Below, one piece after another: positions 59,364 through 64,000 of a stretch of 64,000 bases of DNA; the first letter of the stretch is position 1, and each line of letters opens with the position of its first letter. The position numbers and the translations under genes were made by a program. The notes under the pieces were generated by a model, which had not been told where the DNA came from, did no database searches, and saw only the letters and a list, made by a program, of their open reading frames with translations. The stretch is from Candidatus Methanomethylicaceae archaeon (GTDB lineage Archaea > Thermoproteota > Methanomethylicia > Methanomethylicales > Methanomethylicaceae). The stretch lies in the NCBI GenBank assembly GCA_025057955.1, contig JANXER010000001.1, positions 46,917 through 110,916 of the forward strand, read 5' to 3'.

Positions 59364-60294
59364 AAAGAAGACACCTCACCATTCCATCATCAACTGGAAT
59401 TAACTTAGGCCTTAATTGTTTACATTTGGAATTGGAATGAGGGCATCTGGGATGAAAGTTACAGCCAGCTGGTAGTGAATTTATACTAGGTGGCTCTCCT
59501 TGTATAGGAATGAGCCCCCTTGAGGGCAGGGAATTCAATAAAGCTTGAGAATATGGATGTCTTGGAGATTCAAAGAAAACTTTGCTACTGCATAATTCCA
59601 ACACATCCCCCCAGTATAATACACATATTCTATCAGCAATTTCCCTAAGGAAGCTCAAATCATGAGAAACAATAACCATGGATTTAGTCATCTCCTTAGA
59701 AATTTTTAAGAGGTTTGTAACCAATTTTTTAGTTTTTCCATCTAATCCCTTGGTGGGTTCATCCACAAAGATTATTTCAGATGGAGCTGAAATTCCCATG
59801 GCAACCAAAACCCTCTGAAGCATTCCACCGCTTAATTGACTTCGATATCCCTTGGCAACTTTAATGGGATTATTTATACCCAGTTTATCCAGTAAATCTA
59901 TAGCTAGCTTCTGACCATTATTTTTCAATATTCCAAAATGTTCCATTGGACGTTCAGATATTTGAATCCAATTTGATATACAAGGATTTAATGAGGCAAA
60001 GCCTTGTGGAATTAGTGAGAAGTTTTTCCCAAGAATATTTCTGAACTTCCTTTCATCTATACTCAATAAGTTCAAACCCTTATAGTATATATCACCATCT
60101 ACTTTAGCATTTTTAGGAAGAAGTCTTAAAGTTGCTTGAAGTAATACACTCTTTCCACTTCCAGATTCTCCTACTATACCTAGCACTTCTCCTCTATTAA
60201 CTTCAAAATTTATTTCCCTTAAGGCCCTTATCCTCAATCCATACATTTCAAATGTAACATTAAGATTATGATATTTGAGTAAAACTTCGTTCAT
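59353..60294 (-). CDS. oppF: Oligopeptide/dipeptide ABC transporter ATP-binding protein (OppF/DppF-like)
   Basis: Walker A GESGSGKS, signature LSGGMLQR, and the C-terminal Opp-specific extension. Confidence 0.8.
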   Translation of the reverse strand: MNEVLLKYHNLNVTFEMYGLRIRALREINFEVNRGEVLGIVGESGSGKSVLLQATLRLLPKNAKVDGDIYYKGLNLLSIDERKFRNILGKNFSLIPQGFASLNPCISNWIQISERPMEHFGILKNNGQKLAIDLLDKLGINNPIKVAKGYRSQLSGGMLQRVLVAMGISAPSEIIFVDEPTKGLDGKTKKLVTNLLKISKEMTKSMVIVSHDLSFLREIADRICVLYWGDVLELCSSKVFFESPRHPYSQALLNSLPSRGLIPIQGEPPSINSLPAGCNFHPRCPHSNSKCKQLRPKLIPVDDGMVRCLLYGE

Positions 60295-60307
60295 TAACCC
60301 CCATCCC

Positions 60308-61090
60308 TTAAGATGTATTATTCAGAATTAGCGATTTAGTATATGAATGATGTGGGTTTATTAAAACTTCATTTGTTAAACCTGACTCCACAAACTTTCC
60401 CTTGAACATTATAAAAATCCTATTCGATACATATTTTGCCAATTCCAAATCATGAGTTATAAATATCATTCCCATGTTATACTTGGATTGAATGTCTAGA
60501 AGAATTTTAATTATTTTAGCTTGAAGAGAGGGATCCAGCATGGATGTAGGCTCATCGGCAATTAAGATATATGGCATAAGTAAAATTGCCCTAGCGATTA
60601 CAACACGTTGAAGTTCTCCTCCACTTACATTTCCAGGCTTTCTCATAAGGACTTCCATTCTTATACCAATCATTTCACATATTTCTCTTACTAAATCCCT
60701 CTCCTCTTGCTTAGAGGCTATTAATTTATGAATTCTAAGTGGCTCCACTAAGCTGTCATATAGATACCATGTTGGATCCAAAGCTAAATCTGGAAGCTGA
60801 GGTATATATTGAACTTTTATTCTGAAAATTCTTCTTTCCATTTCGCTCATTTCATCAATTCTTTTGTTCAAAAATCTAATCTCTCCAGATGTTGGAGGAA
60901 TCATGCCACATAAAATTTTAGCAAGAGTAGTCTTACCACTACCCGATTCACCAACTATACATACTCTCTCGCCTTTCTTAATAGAAAAATTCACTCTATC
61001 TAAAGCCAATGTTTTATTTCCATAAATTTTTGATACATTGATAGCAGTAAGTTCTACATCCTCCCTAGATGGTTCATTTTTTAATTTCAT
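60308..61090 (-). CDS. oppD: Oligopeptide/dipeptide ABC transporter ATP-binding protein (OppD/DppD-like)
   Basis: Walker A GESGSGKTT, signature VSGGELQR, and Walker B LIADEP. Confidence 0.8.
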   Translation of the reverse strand: MKLKNEPSREDVELTAINVSKIYGNKTLALDRVNFSIKKGERVCIVGESGSGKTTLAKILCGMIPPTSGEIRFLNKRIDEMSEMERRIFRIKVQYIPQLPDLALDPTWYLYDSLVEPLRIHKLIASKQEERDLVREICEMIGIRMEVLMRKPGNVSGGELQRVVIARAILLMPYILIADEPTSMLDPSLQAKIIKILLDIQSKYNMGMIFITHDLELAKYVSNRIFIMFKGKFVESGLTNEVLINPHHSYTKSLILNNTS

Positions 61091-61905
61091 ATTATATCCT
61101 CCATTGATCTAGTGGAGAGCTTCTGCCTTTGTTCAAGCCCCATTCCCAATATTATGAAGGCTAGACTTGTAATAGATATAGCAAGACCAGGAGGTATGAA
61201 AGTCCACCATGCTCCATAGAGAAGAGCCCCTCTTGTCATAGCAAAGTGAAGCATCGTCCCCCAACTGGGATTTGTTGGATCTCCCAATCCAATAAAGCTT
61301 AATCCAGCCTCTATTAAAATTGCATGGGATACACTTAATATGAATCTAGCTGAAGCTATTCCTAAAACATTGGGGAGCACATGTTTGAAGACAATGTAGG
61401 TTTTACTTGCACCTAAAGCTAGAAGGCTCTCTATGAATGGTGCTGATTTCAGTTGCCAAGCGCGAGCACGAACTAATCTAGCTGTGGTAGGCCACCAAAG
61501 AAGCCCTATTACTATAACTATATTCCAAAATGATGGAGATAAATAAGCAGCTAAAACTATCATAAGTGGAAGAGCAGGTATAACTAAAAATACATCAATA
61601 ATTACTCCCAATACATCATCCAAGACTCCTCTAAAGAATCCTGATAATGCACCAATAATGGTTCCAATTATTGTAGAAAATAGAGCGCCAAGAAATCCCA
61701 CCAGAAGAGAAGTCCTACTTCCAATAATCAAAAGCTCTAATATATCATCTCCTAAATCATCTGTCCCCAATGGATTTTGTATGGATGGAGGGGAGTATTG
61801 TTTAGATTTAGGAAAATCAATTATGCTTCCAATTCCAAAGCTTAAAAGTGCCATGAAAATTATGCATGATATTATCGAAATTCCAATGATTTCCATTTTA
61901 TTCAT
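61087..61905 (-). CDS. oppC: Oligopeptide/dipeptide ABC permease (OppC/DppC-like)
   Basis: BPD transporter permease with an EAA loop; 272 aa. Confidence 0.75.
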   Translation of the reverse strand: MNKMEIIGISIISCIIFMALLSFGIGSIIDFPKSKQYSPPSIQNPLGTDDLGDDILELLIIGSRTSLLVGFLGALFSTIIGTIIGALSGFFRGVLDDVLGVIIDVFLVIPALPLMIVLAAYLSPSFWNIVIVIGLLWWPTTARLVRARAWQLKSAPFIESLLALGASKTYIVFKHVLPNVLGIASARFILSVSHAILIEAGLSFIGLGDPTNPSWGTMLHFAMTRGALLYGAWWTFIPPGLAISITSLAFIILGMGLEQRQKLSTRSMEDII

Positions 61906-62911
61906 TTTCTCCCATCCTTATACGAGGATCAAATATATAGGAAAGTACATCAGCAATGGCATTTGCTAAAACCACAATTAAAGAGACTGCCGTAAAGGCA
62001 CCTTGTAATAATGGATAATCTCTTTCCACCACCGCTTGCCACATGGTATATCCTATGCCGGGCCAGCTGAAGGCTATTTCCACCAATAGCGCTCCTGAGA
62101 AGGCAAAGCCAAGTTCCATAGCAGCTAAGGAGAGAAAGGGAGCTAGTGATGGCAGGAGAAGATGTCTAATCCTCAGCTTAATCCAACTCAATCCCTTCGA
62201 TCTAGCAGTCATTACAAAAGGCTCTTCAGCTATCTCCATAGTCAATCCTCTGATTATAATCGAAATATAAGCGATATTAAGGATAGTAAGCAAGCTAAAG
62301 GGAAGGGCAATATGATGTAAAATAGAGATTATATTAGCATCCTTAGGAGGGGCTCCTCCAGTGGGAGTTAAATTTAACCAAAGCGAAAATACCAAAAGCA
62401 AAAGCATGGCAAACCAATATGATGGAATGGAATGAAGGGCAATCAAAAAGGATGAAACACTTCTTTTTAAATGGCTATTACTATTAAATCCAAGAGATAG
62501 CCCAAGTAAAGTGCCTATGAAGAGGGATAGAATGGTGGATGGAATAGTTAGCATTAATGTTAAGGGAATTCTTTCTGCTATAATTTCTGCAACCGATCTT
62601 CCAAAGCTAAAGGATTGTCCAAAATCTCCATTGATTATATTGCCAATATATATTAAGAATTGCTCGCTCAAGGATTTATCAAGACCATATTTTTCGCTGA
62701 GGGATTGAAGCAATTGAGGGTTTCTAATGGCAGCTCCATAAACCTCCTCACCAAATAGAAAGACCAAAGGATCTCCTGGCATCATTCTAGGTAGAATGAA
62801 GTTTATCGAAATTATAATAAATATAGTAAAACCATATCTCAAGATCTTGAGAAAAAAGGAGGATTTTTTGAAAGATTTCAAAAAATTCCTCCTCACTTTA
62901 TTGAATACCAA
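61898..62911 (-). CDS. oppB: Oligopeptide/dipeptide ABC permease (OppB/DppB-like)
   Basis: BPD transporter permease; 337 aa. Confidence 0.75.
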   Translation of the reverse strand: MVFNKVRRNFLKSFKKSSFFLKILRYGFTIFIIISINFILPRMMPGDPLVFLFGEEVYGAAIRNPQLLQSLSEKYGLDKSLSEQFLIYIGNIINGDFGQSFSFGRSVAEIIAERIPLTLMLTIPSTILSLFIGTLLGLSLGFNSNSHLKRSVSSFLIALHSIPSYWFAMLLLLVFSLWLNLTPTGGAPPKDANIISILHHIALPFSLLTILNIAYISIIIRGLTMEIAEEPFVMTARSKGLSWIKLRIRHLLLPSLAPFLSLAAMELGFAFSGALLVEIAFSWPGIGYTMWQAVVERDYPLLQGAFTAVSLIVVLANAIADVLSYIFDPRIRMGENE

Positions 62912-64000
62912 GTATCTCTTCCTAATATACCGTACATGGGTTCATATGAGATTCCTTCCACCAGATCGGATCTATAAGGCTGTATTATCTTGCCCCAATA
63001 GAGGGGGATGACATACATTCTTTCAGCATATAGATCTTGAATTCTTTCATAGAGCTGCTTTACTCTTGTTTGGTTTGCAGTTCTCAGTATTTCATCCACA
63101 ATAGCAATATATTCAGGATCATCCACATTGGCCCAGCCCATATTTCTATGATCGAAATAGAGCGTTCCAGCGCCAGCGTACATCATCATTCCCCAGAAGG
63201 TGGTTCTAGAAATAGCAGCATCAAAGTCCTTTGTCCTCTGAGTTAAGGTTTGAAATGTACTAACATCAACTGGAGTAATTTGAACTCTTATTCCTATTTT
63301 TTCAAGATCTCTCTTCACCAATTCAGCTAGCCTTAGGGATTCTGCTATATCCGATCTAGCGATGATTTTCATAATCATGGATGTACCATTTGGATAATCT
63401 CTCCAACCATCTCCATTTCTATCAAAAAAGCCAAGGGATGATAAAAGTTGTTCAGCATAAGAAGAATTCTTTGAGAGCTTTGGCTTGATTACATAATAGT
63501 CCCAGCAGTTGGGTATCCAACCTCTAGTTGGTATTTCACCATATCCAGCTGCTATATAGTTTAAATAATCCCCATAATCCAGAGCATATGATATAGCAAT
63601 TCTAAACTCAGTAATATTGTAGGGGTAGCGCTTACAATTAAACCAAAGGCTATTGTCAACACCGAAATTGGGATATACCATTATCGTAATGTTCTTATCT
63701 CCTAAGAGGGATGGCACATATATTGGATCTATTCCCTTGGCATAGGCATAAGTGGTGGCAATTTCACCTTTCTTCAAAGCCATTAACATGGCATCTGTTG
63801 TAGTATAAAACTTTAGGATTACTTTATCCACATTGGGCTTACCCTTCCAATAGTCCTTATTTGCTATAAAAGTCATGGTTCCTGAGGCTGAATCAAATCC
63901 TTGGTATATAAAGGGACCACAACCAATATTTCTATTATTTCCAGTATAAGCTGAAGGATCAGTTACATTGAACCATACATGCTTTGGTATAAGCCTTGTG
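62893..64000 (-). CDS. oppA: Oligopeptide-binding protein (family 5 SBP, OppA-like); its N-terminus lies outside the window
   Basis: The frame stays open on the minus strand past the first Met at 63876 up to the window edge. Family-5 SBP features are present and the 3' end overlaps oppB. Confidence 0.75.
   Translation of the reverse strand, partial: TRLIPKHVWFNVTDPSAYTGNNRNIGCGPFIYQGFDSASGTMTFIANKDYWKGKPNVDKVILKFYTTTDAMLMALKKGEIATTYAYAKGIDPIYVPSLLGDKNITIMVYPNFGVDNSLWFNCKRYPYNITEFRIAISYALDYGDYLNYIAAGYGEIPTRGWIPNCWDYYVIKPKLSKNSSYAEQLLSSLGFFDRNGDGWRDYPNGTSMIMKIIARSDIAESLRLAELVKRDLEKIGIRVQITPVDVSTFQTLTQRTKDFDAAISRTTFWGMMMYAGAGTLYFDHRNMGWANVDDPEYIAIVDEILRTANQTRVKQLYERIQDLYAERMYVIPLYWGKIIQPYRSDLVEGISYEPMYGILGRDTWYSIK

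Noticed and set aside
1-64000. CRISPR arrays or IS elements
   Set aside because: I saw no regularly spaced direct repeats, terminal inverted repeats, or transposase/integrase-like ORFs on manual reading.

Overview
The window reads as an AT-rich (roughly one-third GC, judged by eye) archaeal chromosomal segment. It is densely coding on both strands and has no CRISPR array or obvious mobile element. The content is mostly core archaeal housekeeping, and specific families can be recognised from motifs in the translated ORFs.

Main groups of genes:
- **Replication module:** tRNA-Gln, Orc1/Cdc6, a DUF99 protein and the PolD small subunit.
- **Repair module:** the Bax1 nuclease and XPB helicase as an overlapping pair.
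- **Conserved information-processing superoperon (21.6-33.2 kb):** L21e, RpoF, DUF655, KsgA, Mtq2-like methyltransferase, L10e, Dph2, METTL5-like methyltransferase, Csl4, RpoL, a mini-RNase-III-like protein, TFS, PCNA, PriL, PriS, GINS15, L44e, S27e, aIF2alpha and Nop10.
- **Translation and RNA modification:** aIF5A, SRP54, TrmY, Pus10, IleRS, aRF1, an NSUN RNA m5C methyltransferase with a PUA domain, Nob1 and Trm112.
- **Glycosylation:** the AglB oligosaccharyltransferase.
- **Metabolism:** ArgH (partial), SpeH, the proBAC operon, ThrC, GcvH, NadK, PyrH, MoaE, bacterioferritin, a GT35 alpha-glucan phosphorylase, a nitrilase-family hydrolase and an SDR reductase.
- **Methylotrophy:** an MtaA-type methyltransferase next to a cognate corrinoid protein.
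- **Transport:** pstSCAB-phoU, an Opp/Dpp ABC transporter and a GltP symporter.
- **RNA genes:** three tRNAs, namely Gln-UUG, Ser-UGA and an intron-containing Leu-CAA.

Items worth a second look:
- Three small genes absent from the ORF track: a 47-aa Zn-ribbon protein, Nop10 and the corrected SpeH start.
- An in-frame 24-bp tandem duplication inside speH.
- A radical SAM enzyme with a Cys-rich N-terminal extension.
- An MtaA/corrinoid pair with no substrate-specific methyltransferase in view.
- Two AbrB-PhoU paralogues, one beside a palindromic operator-like site in the pst divergent promoter.
- A 33-nt fragment of the gltP 5' end duplicated upstream.
- A roughly 1-kb ORF-free, decayed-looking region abutting tRNA-Leu.

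I could not identify a single clearly novel multi-gene system. The most open candidates are the orc1-DUF99 coupling and the uncharacterised gene pair embedded between rpoL and tfs.
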